Assembly: GCA_964016885.1 (NCBI GenBank)
Contig: OZ024741.1
Coordinates: forward strand, 5,828,001 to 5,892,000
DNA from: Eledone cirrhosa
Lineage: Eukaryota
DNA length: 64,000 nucleotides
Direction of reading: 5' to 3'
Below the pieces are notes generated by a model that ran no database searches, had not been told where the DNA came from, and saw only the letters and a list, made by a program, of their open reading frames with translations. Every line of letters starts with the position of its first letter. Within the stretch, counting starts at the first letter, position 1. The translations under genes and the position numbers were made by a program. Shown here in pieces: positions 12,427-28,152 of the stretch.

Positions 12427-15400
12427 CTCACAGAATATCTCAGCTGTGAAGGTCTTACTAACATGTCACCCCTAACACTAATTACCTCAGAGAATATCAC
12501 AGCTGTGAAGGTCTTACTAACATGTCACCCCTAACACTAATTATCTCACACAATATCTCAGTTGTGAAGGTCTTACTAACATGTCACCCCTAACACTAAT
12601 TACATCACAGAATATCTCGGCTGTGAAGGTCTAATTAACATGTCACCCCTAACACTAATTACCTCACACAATATCTCAGATGTGAAGGTCTTACTAACAT
12701 GTCACCCCTAACACTAATTACCTCACAGAGTATCTTAGTTAGTTATGAAGGTCTTACTAACATGTCACCCCTAACACTAATTACCTCACAGAATATCTCA
12801 ACTGTGAAGGTCTTACTAACATGTCACCCCTAACACTAATTACCTCACAGAGTATCTTAGATGTGAAGGTCTTATTAACATGTCACCCCTAACACTAATT
12901 ACCTCACAGAATATCTCAGATGTGAAGGTCTAATTAACATGTCACCCCTAACACTAATTACCTCACAGAGTATCTTAGATGTGAAGGTATTACTAACATG
13001 TCACCCCTAACACTAATTACCTCACAGAATATCTCAGATGTGAAGGTCTTACTAACATGTCACCCCTAACACTAATTACCTCACAGAATATCTCAACTGT
13101 GAAGGTCTTACTAACATGTCACCCCTAACACTAATTATCTCACAGAATATCTCAGCTGTGAAGGTCTTACTAACATGTCACCCCTAACACTAATTACCTC
13201 ACAGAATATCTCAGATGTGAAGGTCTTACTAACATGTCACCCCTAACACTAATTATCTCACAGAATATCTCAGATGTGAATGTCTTACTAACATGTCACC
13301 CCTAACACTAATTATCTCACACAATATCTCAGATGTGAAGGTCTTACTAACATGTCACCCCCAACACTAATTATCTCACAGAATATCTCAGATGTGAAGG
13401 TCTTACTAACATGTCACCCCTAACACTAATTACCTAACAGAATATCTCAGCTGTGAAGGTCTTACTAACGTGTGACGCCTAATACTAATTATCTCACAGA
13501 ATATCTCATATGTGAAGGTCTTACTAACATGTCACCCCTAACACTAATTATCTCACACAATATCTCAGTTGTGAAGGTCTTACTAACATGTCACCCCTAA
13601 CACTAATTACATCACAGAATATCTCAGCTGTGAAGGTCTAATTAACATGTCACCCCTAACACTAATTACCTCACACAATATCTCAGATGTGAAGGTCTTA
13701 CTAACATGTCACCCCTAACACTAATTACCTCACAGAGTATCTTAGTTAGTTATGAAGGTCTTACTAACATGTCACCCCTAACACTAATTACCTCACAGAA
13801 TATCTCAACTGTGAAGGTCTTACTGACATGTCACCCCTAACACTAATTACCTCACACAATATCTCAGATGTGAAGGTCTTACTAACATGTCACCCCTAAC
13901 ACTAATTACCTCACAGAGTATCTTAGTTAGTTATGAAGGTCTTACTAACATGTCACCCCTAACACTAATTACCTCACAGAATATCTCAACTGTGAAGGTC
14001 TTACTAACATGTCACCCCTAACACTAATTACCTCACAGAGTATCTCAGATGTGAAGGTCTTACTAACATGTCACCCCTAACACTAATTACCTCACAGAAT
14101 ATCTCAGATGTGAAGGTCTAATTAACATGTCACCCCTAACACTAATTACCTCACAGAGTATCTTAGATGTGAAGGTATTACTAACATGTCACCCCTAACA
14201 CTAATTACCTCACAGAATATCTCAGATGTGAAGGTCTTACTAACATGTCACCCCTAACACTAATTACCTCACAGAATATCTCAACTGTGAAGGTCTTACT
14301 AACATGTCACCCCTAACACTAATTATCTCACAGAATATCTCAGCTGTGAAGGTCTTACTAACATGTCACCCCTAACACTAATTACCTCACAGAATATCTC
14401 AGATGTGAAGGTCTTACTAACATGTCACCCCTAACACTAATTATCTCACAGAATATCTCAGATGTGAATGTCTTACTAACATGTCACCCCTAACACTAAT
14501 TATCTCACACAATATCTCAGATGTGAAGGTCTTACTAACATGTCACCCCCAACACTAATTATCTCACAGAATATCTCAGATGTGAAGGTCTTACTAACAT
14601 GTCACCCCTAACACTAATTACCTAACAGAATATCTCAGCTGTGAAAGTCTTACTAACGTGTGACGCCTAATACTAATTATCTCACAGAATATCTCAGATG
14701 TGAAGGTCTTACTAACATGTCACCCCTAACACTAATTACCTCACAGAATATCTCAGTTGTGAAGGTCTTACTAACATGTCACCGCTACCACTAATTATCT
14801 CACAGAATATCTCAGCTGTGAAGGTCTTACTAACATGTCACCCCTAACACTAATTATCTCACAGAATATCTCAACTGTGAAGGTCTTACTAACATGTCAC
14901 CCCTAACACTAATTATCTCACAGGATATCTCAGATGTGAAGGTCTTACTAACATGTCACCCCTAACACTAATTATCTCACAGAATATCTCAGTTGTGAAG
15001 GTCTTACTAACATGTCACCCCTAACACTAATTATCTCACAGAATATCTCAGATGTGAAGGTCTTACTAACATGTCACCCCTAACACTAATTATCTCACAG
15101 AATATCTCAACTGTGAAGGTCTTACTAACATGTCACCCCTAACACTAATTATCTCACAGAATATCTCAGATGTGAATGTCTTACTAACATGTCACCCCTA
15201 ACACTAATTATCTAACAGAATATCTCAGCTGTGAAGGTCTTACTAACATGTCACCCCTAACACTAATTATCTCACAGAATATCTCAGATGTGAAGGTCTT
15301 ACTAACATGTCACCCCTAACACTAATTATCTCACAGAATATCTCAGATGTGAAGGTCTTACTAACATGTCACCCCTAACACTAATTACCTCACAGAATAT

Positions 15401-18400
15401 CTCAGATGTGAAGGTCTTACTAACATGTCACCCCTAACACTAATTATCTCACAGAATATCTCAGATGTGAAGGTCTTACTAACATGTCACACCTAACACT
15501 AATTATCTCACAGAATATCTCAGATGTGAAGGTCTTACTAACATGTCACCCCTAACACTAATTACCTCACAGAGTATCTTAGTTAGTTATGAAGGTCTTA
15601 CTAACATGTCACCCCTAACACTAATTACCTCACAGAATATCTCAACTGTGAAGGTCTTACTAACATGTCACCCCTAACACTAATTACCTCACAGAGTATC
15701 TTAGATGTGAAGGTCTTACTAACATGTCACCCCTAACACTAATTACCTCACAGAATATCTCAGATGTGAAGGTCTAATTAACATGTCACACCTAACACTA
15801 ATTACCTCACAGAGTATCTTAGATGTGAAGGTATTACTAACATGTCACCCCTAACACTAATTACCTCACAGAATATCTCAGATGTGAAGGTCTTACTAAC
15901 ATGTCTCCCCTAACACTAATTACCTCACAGAATATCTCAATTGTGAAGGTCTTACTAACATGTCACCCCTAACACTGATTATCTCACAGAATATCTCAGC
16001 TGTGAAGGTCTTACTAACATGTCACCCCTAACACTAATTATCTCACAGAATATCTCAGATGTGAATGTCTTACTAACATGTCACCCCTAACACTAATTAT
16101 CTCACACAATATCTCAGATGTGAAGGTCTTACTAACATGTCACCCCCAACACTAATTATCTCACAGAATATCTCAGATGTGAAGGTCTTACTAACATGTC
16201 ACCCCTAACACTAATTACCTAACAGAATATCTCAGCTGTGAAGGTCTTACTAACGTGTGACGCCTAATACTAATTATCTCACAGAATATCTCAGATGTGA
16301 AGGTCTTACTAACATGTCACCCCTAACACTAATTACCTCACAGAATATCTCAGTTGTGAAGGTCTTACTAACATGTCACCGCTACCACTAATTATCTCAC
16401 AGAATATCTCAGCTGTGAAGGTCTTACTAACATGTCACCCCTAACACTAATTATCTCACAGAATATCTCAACTGTGAAGGTCTTACTAACATGTCACCCC
16501 TAACACTAATTATCTCACAGGATATCTCAGATGTGAAGGTCTTACTAACATGTCACCCCTAACACTAATTATCTCACAGAATATCTCAGTTGTGAAGGTC
16601 TTACTAACATGTCACCCCTAACACTAATTACCTCACAGAATATCTCAGATGTGAAGGTCTTACTAACATGTCACCCCTAACACTAATTATCTCACAGAAT
16701 ATCTCAGTTGTGAAGGTCTTACTAACATGTCACCCCTAACACTAATTACCTCACAGAATATCTCAGATGTGAAGGTCTTACAAACATGTCACCCCTAACA
16801 CTAATTATCTCACAGAATATCTCAACTGTGAAGGTCTTACTAACATGTCACCCCTAACACTAATTATCTCACAGAATATCTCAGATGTGAATGTCTTACT
16901 AACATGTCACCCCTAACACTAATTATCTAACAGAATATCTCAGCTGTGAAGGTCTTACTAACATGTCACCCCTAACACTAATTATCTCACAGAATATCTC
17001 AGATGTGAAGGTCTTACTAACATGTCACCCCTAACACTAATTATCTCACAGAATATCTCAGATGTGAAGGTCTTACTAACATGTCACCCCTAACACTAAT
17101 TACCTCACAGAATATCTCAGATGTGAAGGTCTTACTAACATGTCACCCCTAACACTAATTATCTCACAGAATATCTCAGATGTGAAGGTCTTACTAACAT
17201 GTCACACCTAACACTAATTATCTCACAGAATATCTCAGATGTGAAGGTCTTACTAACATGTCACCCCTAACACTAATTATCTCACAGAATATCTCAGATG
17301 TGAAGGTCTTACTAACATGTCACCCCTAACACTAATTACCTCACAGAATATTTCAGATGTGAAGGTCTTACTAACATGTCACCCCTAACACTAATTATCT
17401 CACAGAATATCTCAGATGTGAAGGTCTTACTAGCATGTCACACCTAACACTAATTATCTCACAGAATATCTCAGATGTGAAGGTCTTACTAACATGTCAC
17501 CCCTAACACTAATTATCTCACAGAATATCTCAGATGTGAAGGTCTTACTAACATGTCGCCCCTAACACTAATTACCTCACTGAATATCTCAGCTGTGAAG
17601 GTCTTACTAACATGTCACCCCTAACACTAATTATCTCACAGAATATCTCAACTGTGAAGGTCTTACTAACATGTCACCCCTAACACTAATTATCTCACAG
17701 GATATCTCAGATGTGAAGGTCTTACTAACATGTCACCCCTAACACTAATTATCTCACAGAATATCTCAACTGTGAAGGTCTTACTAACATGTCACCCCTA
17801 ACACTAATTATCTCACAGAATATCTCAGATGTGAATGTCTTACTAACATGTCACCCCTAACACTAATTATCTCACAGAATATCTCAGCTGTGAAGGTCAT
17901 ACTAACATGTCACCCCTAACACTAATTACCTCACAGAATATCTCAGCTGTGAAGGTCTTACTAACATGTCACCCCTAACACTAATTATCACACAGAATAT
18001 CTCAGATGTGAAGGTCTTACTAACATGTCACACCTAACACTAATTGTCTCACAGAATATCTCAGATGTGAAGGTCTTACTAACATGTCACCCCTAACACT
18101 AATTACCTCACAGAGTATCTTAGATGTGAAGGTCTTACTAACATGTCACCCCTAACACTAATTACCTCACAGAATATCTCAACTGTGAAGGTCTTACTAA
18201 CATGTCACCCCTAACACTAATTACCTCACAGAGTATCTTAGATGTGAAGGTCTTACTAACATGTCACCCCTAACACTAATTACCTCACAGAATATCTCAG
18301 ATGTGAAGGTCTAATTAACATGTCACCCCTAACACTAATTACCTCACAGAGTATCTCAGATGTGAAGGTATTACTAACATGTCACCCCTAACACTAATTA

Positions 18401-21400
18401 CCTCACAGAGTATCTTAGATGTGAAGGTCTTACTAACATGTCACCCCTAACACTAATTACCTCACAGAATATCTCAGATGTGAAGGTCTTACTAACATGT
18501 CACCCCTAACACTAATTACCTCACAGAATATCTCAGATGTGAAGGTATTACTAACATGTCACCCCTAACACTAATTACCTCACAGAATATCTCAGATGTG
18601 AAGGTCTTACTAACATGTCACCCCTAACACTAATTACCTCACAGAATATCTCAACTGTGAAGGTCTTACTAACATGTCACCCCTAACACTAATTATCTCA
18701 CAGAATATCTCAGCTGTGAAGGTCTTACTAACATGTCACCCCTAATACTAATTACCTCACAGAATATCTCAGATGTGAAGGTCTTACTAACATGTCACCC
18801 CTAACACTAATTATCTCACAGAATATCTCAGATGTGAATGTCTTACTAACATGTCACCCCTAACACTAATTATCTCACACAATATCTCAGATGTGAAGGT
18901 CTTACTAACATGTCACCCCCACCACTAATTATCTCACAGAATATCTCAGATGTGAAGGTCTTACTAACATCGCACCCCTAACACTAATTACATAACAGAA
19001 TATCTCAGCTGTGAAGGTCTTACTAACGTGTGACGCCTAATACTAATTATCTCACAGAATATCTCAGATGTGAAGGTCTTAATAACATGTCACCCCTAAC
19101 ACTAATTACCTCACAGAATATCTCAGTTGTGAAGGTCTTACTAACATGTCACCACTAACAATAATTACCTCACAGAATATCTCAGCTGTGAAGGTCTAAT
19201 TAACATGTCACCCCTAACACTAATTACCTCACAGAATATCTCAGATGTGAAGGTCTTACTAACATGTCATCCCTAACACTAATTACCTCACAAAAGATCT
19301 CAGCTGTGAAGGTCTTACTAACATGTCACCCCTAACACTAATTACCTCACAAAATATCTCAGTTGTGAAAGTCTTACTAACATGTCACCCCTAGCACTAA
19401 TTACATCACAGAATATCTTAATTGTGAAGGTCTTACTAACATGTCACCCCTAACACTAATTATCTCACAGAATATCTCAACTGTGAAGGTCTTACTAACA
19501 TGTCACCCCTAACACTAATTATCTCACAGAATATCTCAGATGTGAAGGTCTTACTAACATGTCACCCCTAACACTAATTATCTCACAGAATATCTCAGCT
19601 GTGAAGGTCTTACTAACATGTCACCCCCAACACTAATTATCTCACAGAATATCTCAGATGTGAAGGTCTTACTAACATGTCACCCCTAACACTAATTATC
19701 TCACAGAATATCTCAGATGTGAAGGTCTTACTAACATGTCACCCCTAACACTAATTACCTCACAGAATATCTCAGATGTGAAGGTCTTACTAACATATCA
19801 CCCCTAACACTAATTATCTCACAGAATATCTCAGATGTTAAGGTCTTACTAACATGTCACCTCTAACACTAATTACCTCACAGAATATCTCAGCTGTGAA
19901 GGTCTTACTAACATGTCAGCCCTAACACTAATTATCTCACAGAATATCTCAGATGTGAAGGTCTTACTAACATGTCACACCTAACACTAATTATCTCACA
20001 GAATATCTCAGATGTGAAGGTCTTACTAACATGTCACCCCTAACACTAATTATCTCACAGAATATCTCAGATGTGAAGGTCTTACTAACATGTCACCCCT
20101 AACACTAATTACCTCACAGAATATCTCAGCTGTGAAGGTCTTACTAACATGTCACCCCTAACACTAATTATCTCACAGAATATCTCAGATGTGAAAGTCT
20201 TACTAACATGTCACCCCTAACACTAATTATCTCACAGAATATCTCAACTGTGAAGGTCTTACTAACATGTCACCCCTAACACTAATTATCTCACAGAATA
20301 TCTCAGCTGTGAAGGTCTTACTAACATGTCACCCCTAACACTAATTACCTCAGAGAATATCACAGCTGTGAAGGTCTTACTAACATGTCACCCCTAACAC
20401 TAATTATCTCACACAATATCTCAGTTGTGAAGGTCTTACTAACATGTCACCCCTAACACTAATTACATCACAGAATATCTCGGCTGTGAAGGTCTAATTA
20501 ACATGTCACCCCTAACACTAATTACCTCACACAATATCTCAGATGTGAAGGTCTTACTAACATGTCACCCCTAACACTAATTACCTCACAGAGTATCTTA
20601 GTTAGTTATGAAGGTCTTACTAACATGTCACCCCTAACACTAATTACCTCACAGAATATCTCAACTGTGAAGGTCTTACTAACATGTCACCCCTAACACT
20701 AATTACCTCACAGAGTATCTTAGATGTGAAGGTCTTATTAACATGTCACCCCTAACACTAATTACCTCACAGAATATCTCAGATGTGAAGGTCTAATTAA
20801 CATGTCACCCCTAACACTAATTACCTCACAGAGTATCTTAGATGTGAAGGTATTACTAACATGTCACCCCTAACACTAATTACCTCACAGAATATCTCAG
20901 ATGTGAAGGTCTTACTAACATGTCACCCCTAACACTAATTACCTCACAGAATATCTCAACTGTGAAGGTCTTACTAACATGTCACCCCTAACACTAATTA
21001 TCTCACAGAATATCTCAGCTGTGAAGGTCTTACTAACATGTCACCCCTAACACTAATTACCTCACAGAATATCTCAGATGTGAAGGTCTTACTAACATGT
21101 CACCCCTAACACTAATTATCTCACAGAATATCTCAGATGTGAATGTCTTACTAACATGTCACCCCTAACACTAATTATCTCACACAATATCTCAGATGTG
21201 AAGGTCTTACTAACATGTCACCCCCAACACTAATTATCTCACAGAATATCTCAGATGTGAAGGTCTTACTAACATGTCACCCCTAACACTAATTACCTAA
21301 CAGAATATCTCAGCTGTGAAGGTCTTACTAACGTGTGACGCCTAATACTAATTATCTCACAGAATATCTCATATGTGAAGGTCTTACTAACATGTCACCC

Positions 21401-24400
21401 CTAACACTAATTATCTCACACAATATCTCAGTTGTGAAGGTCTTACTAACATGTCACCCCTAACACTAATTACATCACAGAATATCTCAGCTGTGAAGGT
21501 CTAATTAACATGTCACCCCTAACACTAATTACCTCACACAATATCTCAGATGTGAAGGTCTTACTAACATGTCACCCCTAACACTAATTACCTCACAGAG
21601 TATCTTAGTTAGTTATGAAGGTCTTACTAACATGTCACCCCTAACACTAATTACCTCACAGAATATCTCAACTGTGAAGGTCTTACTGACATGTCACCCC
21701 TAACACTAATTACCTCACACAATATCTCAGATGTGAAGGTCTTACTAACATGTCACCCCTAACACTAATTACCTCACAGAGTATCTTAGTTAGTTATGAA
21801 GGTCTTACTAACATGTCACCCCTAACACTAATTACCTCACAGAATATCTCAACTGTGAAGGTCTTACTAACATGTCACCCCTAACACTAATTACCTCACA
21901 GAGTATCTCAGATGTGAAGGTCTTACTAACATGTCACCCCTAACACTAATTACCTCACAGAATATCTCAGATGTGAAGGTCTAATTAACATGTCACCCCT
22001 AACACTAATTACCTCACAGAGTATCTTAGATGTGAAGGTATTACTAACATGTCACCCCTAACACTAATTACCTCACAGAATATCTCAGATGTGAAGGTCT
22101 TACTAACATGTCACCCCTAACACTAATTACCTCACAGAATATCTCAACTGTGAAGGTCTTACTAACATGTCACCCCTAACACTAATTATCTCACAGAATA
22201 TCTCAGCTGTGAAGGTCTTACTAACATGTCACCCCTAACACTAATTACCTCACAGAATATCTCAGATGTGAAGGTCTTACTAACATGTCACCCCTAACAC
22301 TAATTATCTCACAGAATATCTCAGATGTGAATGTCTTACTAACATGTCACCCCTAACACTAATTATCTCACACAATATCTCAGATGTGAAGGTCTTACTA
22401 ACATGTCACCCCCAACACTAATTATCTCACAGAATATCTCAGATGTGAAGGTCTTACTAACATGTCACCCCTAACACTAATTACCTAACAGAATATCTCA
22501 GCTGTGAAAGTCTTACTAACGTGTGACGCCTAATACTAATTATCTCACAGAATATCTCAGATGTGAAGGTCTTACTAACATGTCACCCCTAACACTAATT
22601 ACCTCACAGAATATCTCAGTTGTGAAGGTCTTACTAACATGTCACCGCTACCACTAATTATCTCACAGAATATCTCAGCTGTGAAGGTCTTACTAACATG
22701 TCACCCCTAACACTAATTATCTCACAGAATATCTCAACTGTGAAGGTCTTACTAACATGTCACCCCTAACACTAATTATCTCACAGGATATCTCAGATGT
22801 GAAGGTCTTACTAACATGTCACCCCTAACACTAATTATCTCACAGAATATCTCAGTTGTGAAGGTCTTACTAACATGTCACCCCTAACACTAATTATCTC
22901 ACAGAATATCTCAGATGTGAAGGTCTTACTAACATGTCACCCCTAACACTAATTATCTCACAGAATATCTCAACTGTGAAGGTCTTACTAACATGTCACC
23001 CCTAACACTAATTATCTCACAGAATATCTCAGATGTGAATGTCTTACTAACATGTCACCCCTAACACTAATTATCTAACAGAATATCTCAGCTGTGAAGG
23101 TCTTACTAACATGTCACCCCTAACACTAATTATCTCACAGAATATCTCAGATGTGAAGGTCTTACTAACATGTCACCCCTAACACTAATTATCTCACAGA
23201 ATATCTCAGATGTGAAGGTCTTACTAACATGTCACCCCTAACACTAATTACCTCACAGAATATCTCAGATGTGAAGGTCTTACTAACATGTCACCCCTAA
23301 CACTAATTATCTCACAGAATATCTCAGATGTGAAGGTCTTACTAACATGTCACACCTAACACTAATTATCTCACAGAATATCTCAGATGTGAAGGTCTTA
23401 CTAACATGTCACCCCTAACACTAATTACCTCACAGAGTATCTTAGTTAGTTATGAAGGTCTTACTAACATGTCACCCCTAACACTAATTACCTCACAGAA
23501 TATCTCAACTGTGAAGGTCTTACTAACATGTCACCCCTAACACTAATTACCTCACAGAGTATCTTAGATGTGAAGGTCTTACTAACATGTCACCCCTAAC
23601 ACTAATTACCTCACAGAATATCTCAGATGTGAAGGTCTAATTAACATGTCACACCTAACACTAATTACCTCACAGAGTATCTTAGATGTGAAGGTATTAC
23701 TAACATGTCACCCCTAACACTAATTACCTCACAGAATATCTCAGATGTGAAGGTCTTACTAACATGTCTCCCCTAACACTAATTACCTCACAGAATATCT
23801 CAATTGTGAAGGTCTTACTAACATGTCACCCCTAACACTGATTATCTCACAGAATATCTCAGCTGTGAAGGTCTTACTAACATGTCACCCCTAACACTAA
23901 TTATCTCACAGAATATCTCAGATGTGAATGTCTTACTAACATGTCACCCCTAACACTAATTATCTCACACAATATCTCAGATGTGAAGGTCTTACTAACA
24001 TGTCACCCCCAACACTAATTATCTCACAGAATATCTCAGATGTGAAGGTCTTACTAACATGTCACCCCTAACACTAATTACCTAACAGAATATCTCAGCT
24101 GTGAAGGTCTTACTAACGTGTGACGCCTAATACTAATTATCTCACAGAATATCTCAGATGTGAAGGTCTTACTAACATGTCACCCCTAACACTAATTACC
24201 TCACAGAATATCTCAGTTGTGAAGGTCTTACTAACATGTCACCGCTACCACTAATTATCTCACAGAATATCTCAGCTGTGAAGGTCTTACTAACATGTCA
24301 CCCCTAACACTAATTATCTCACAGAATATCTCAACTGTGAAGGTCTTACTAACATGTCACCCCTAACACTAATTATCTCACAGGATATCTCAGATGTGAA

Positions 24401-27400
24401 GGTCTTACTAACATGTCACCCCTAACACTAATTATCTCACAGAATATCTCAGTTGTGAAGGTCTTACTAACATGTCACCCCTAACACTAATTACCTCACA
24501 GAATATCTCAGATGTGAAGGTCTTACTAACATGTCACCCCTAACACTAATTATCTCACAGAATATCTCAGTTGTGAAGGTCTTACTAACATGTCACCCCT
24601 AACACTAATTACCTCACAGAATATCTCAGATGTGAAGGTCTTACAAACATGTCACCCCTAACACTAATTATCTCACAGAATATCTCAACTGTGAAGGTCT
24701 TACTAACATGTCACCCCTAACACTAATTATCTCACAGAATATCTCAGATGTGAATGTCTTACTAACATGTCACCCCTAACACTAATTATCTAACAGAATA
24801 TCTCAGCTGTGAAGGTCTTACTAACATGTCACCCCTAACACTAATTATCTCACAGAATATCTCAGATGTGAAGGTCTTACTAACATGTCACCCCTAACAC
24901 TAATTATCTCACAGAATATCTCAGATGTGAAGGTCTTACTAACATGTCACCCCTAACACTAATTACCTCACAGAATATCTCAGATGTGAAGGTCTTACTA
25001 ACATGTCACCCCTAACACTAATTATCTCACAGAATATCTCAGATGTGAAGGTCTTACTAACATGTCACACCTAACACTAATTATCTCACAGAATATCTCA
25101 GATGTGAAGGTCTTACTAACATGTCACCCCTAACACTAATTATCTCACAGAATATCTCAGATGTGAAGGTCTTACTAACATGTCACCCCTAACACTAATT
25201 ACCTCACAGAATATTTCAGATGTGAAGGTCTTACTAACATGTCACCCCTAACACTAATTATCTCACAGAATATCTCAGATGTGAAGGTCTTACTAGCATG
25301 TCACACCTAACACTAATTATCTCACAGAATATCTCAGATGTGAAGGTCTTACTAACATGTCACCCCTAACACTAATTATCTCACAGAATATCTCAGATGT
25401 GAAGGTCTTACTAACATGTCGCCCCTAACACTAATTACCTCACTGAATATCTCAGCTGTGAAGGTCTTACTAACATGTCACCCCTAACACTAATTATCTC
25501 ACAGAATATCTCAACTGTGAAGGTCTTACTAACATGTCACCCCTAACACTAATTATCTCACAGGATATCTCAGATGTGAAGGTCTTACTAACATGTCACC
25601 CCTAACACTAATTATCTCACAGAATATCTCAACTGTGAAGGTCTTACTAACATGTCACCCCTAACACTAATTATCTCACAGAATATCTCAGATGTGAATG
25701 TCTTACTAACATGTCACCCCTAACACTAATTATCTCACAGAATATCTCAGCTGTGAAGGTCATACTAACATGTCACCCCTAACACTAATTACCTCACAGA
25801 ATATCTCAGCTGTGAAGGTCTTACTAACATGTCACCCCTAACACTAATTATCACACAGAATATCTCAGATGTGAAGGTCTTACTAACATGTCACACCTAA
25901 CACTAATTGTCTCACAGAATATCTCAGATGTGAAGGTCTTACTAACATGTCACCCCTAACACTAATTACCTCACAGAGTATCTTAGATGTGAAGGTCTTA
26001 CTAACATGTCACCCCTAACACTAATTACCTCACAGAATATCTCAACTGTGAAGGTCTTACTAACATGTCACCCCTAACACTAATTACCTCACAGAGTATC
26101 TTAGATGTGAAGGTCTTACTAACATGTCACCCCTAACACTAATTACCTCACAGAATATCTCAGATGTGAAGGTCTAATTAACATGTCACCCCTAACACTA
26201 ATTACCTCACAGAGTATCTCAGATGTGAAGGTATTACTAACATGTCACCCCTAACACTAATTACCTCACAGAGTATCTTAGATGTGAAGGTCTTACTAAC
26301 ATGTCACCCCTAACACTAATTACCTCACAGAATATCTCAGATGTGAAGGTCTTACTAACATGTCACCCCTAACACTAATTACCTCACAGAATATCTCAGA
26401 TGTGAAGGTATTACTAACATGTCACCCCTAACACTAATTACCTCACAGAATATCTCAGATGTGAAGGTCTTACTAACATGTCACCCCTAACACTAATTAC
26501 CTCACAGAATATCTCAACTGTGAAGGTCTTACTAACATGTCACCCCTAACACTAATTATCTCACAGAATATCTCAGCTGTGAAGGTCTTACTAACATGTC
26601 ACCCCTAATACTAATTACCTCACAGAATATCTCAGATGTGAAGGTCTTACTAACATGTCACCCCTAACACTAATTATCTCACAGAATATCTCAGATGTGA
26701 ATGTCTTACTAACATGTCACCCCTAACACTAATTATCTCACACAATATCTCAGATGTGAAGGTCTTACTAACATGTCACCCCCACCACTAATTATCTCAC
26801 AGAATATCTCAGATGTGAAGGTCTTACTAACATCGCACCCCTAACACTAATTACATAACAGAATATCTCAGCTGTGAAGGTCTTACTAACGTGTGACGCC
26901 TAATACTAATTATCTCACAGAATATCTCAGATGTGAAGGTCTTAATAACATGTCACCCCTAACACTAATTACCTCACAGAATATCTCAGTTGTGAAGGTC
27001 TTACTAACATGTCACCACTAACAATAATTACCTCACAGAATATCTCAGCTGTGAAGGTCTAATTAACATGTCACCCCTAACACTAATTACCTCACAGAAT
27101 ATCTCAGATGTGAAGGTCTTACTAACATGTCATCCCTAACACTAATTACCTCACAAAAGATCTCAGCTGTGAAGGTCTTACTAACATGTCACCCCTAACA
27201 CTAATTACCTCACAAAATATCTCAGTTGTGAAAGTCTTACTAACATGTCACCCCTAGCACTAATTACATCACAGAATATCTTAATTGTGAAGGTCTTACT
27301 AACATGTCACCCCTAACACTAATTATCTCACAGAATATCTCAACTGTGAAGGTCTTACTAACATGTCACCCCTAACACTAATTATCTCACAGAATATCTC

Positions 27401-28152
27401 AGATGTGAAGGTCTTACTAACATGTCACCCCTAACACTAATTATCTCACAGAATATCTCAGCTGTGAAGGTCTTACTAACATGTCACCCCCAACACTAAT
27501 TATCTCACAGAATATCTCAGATGTGAAGGTCTTACTAACATGTCACCCCTAACACTAATTATCTCACAGAATATCTCAGATGTGAAGGTCTTACTAACAT
27601 GTCACCCCTAACACTAATTACCTCACAGAATATCTCAGATGTGAAGGTCTTACTAACATATCACCCCTAACACTAATTATCTCACAGAATATCTCAGATG
27701 TTAAGGTCTTACTAACATGTCACCTCTAACACTAATTACCTCACAGAATATCTCAGCTGTGAAGGTCTTACTAACATGTCAGCCCTAACACTAATTATCT
27801 CACAGAATATCTCAGATGTGAAGGTCTTACTAACATGTCACACCTAACACTAATTATCTCACAGAATATCTCAGATGTGAAGGTCTTACTAACATGTCAC
27901 CCCTAACACTAATTATCTCACAGAATATCTCAGATGTGAAGGTCTTACTAACATGTCACCCCTAACACTAATTACCTCACAGAATATCTCAGCTGTGAAG
28001 GTCTTACTAACATGTCACCCCTAACACTAATTATCTCACAGAATATCTCAGATGTGAAAGTCTTACTAACATGTCACCCCTAACACTAATTATCTCACAG
28101 AATATCTCAACTGTGAAGGTCTTACTAACATGTCACCCCTAACACTAATTAT
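12427..28152. repeat. Near-identical tandem duplication of a 7863-bp (133-monomer) block, junction near 20290
   Basis: Private variants recur at constant offset 7863 = 133x59 + 4x4: TCTCGGCTG (12619/20482), GTCTCCCC (15903/23766), CATCGCACC (18971/26834) and GATGTGAAAG (20191/28054). Confidence 0.95.
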
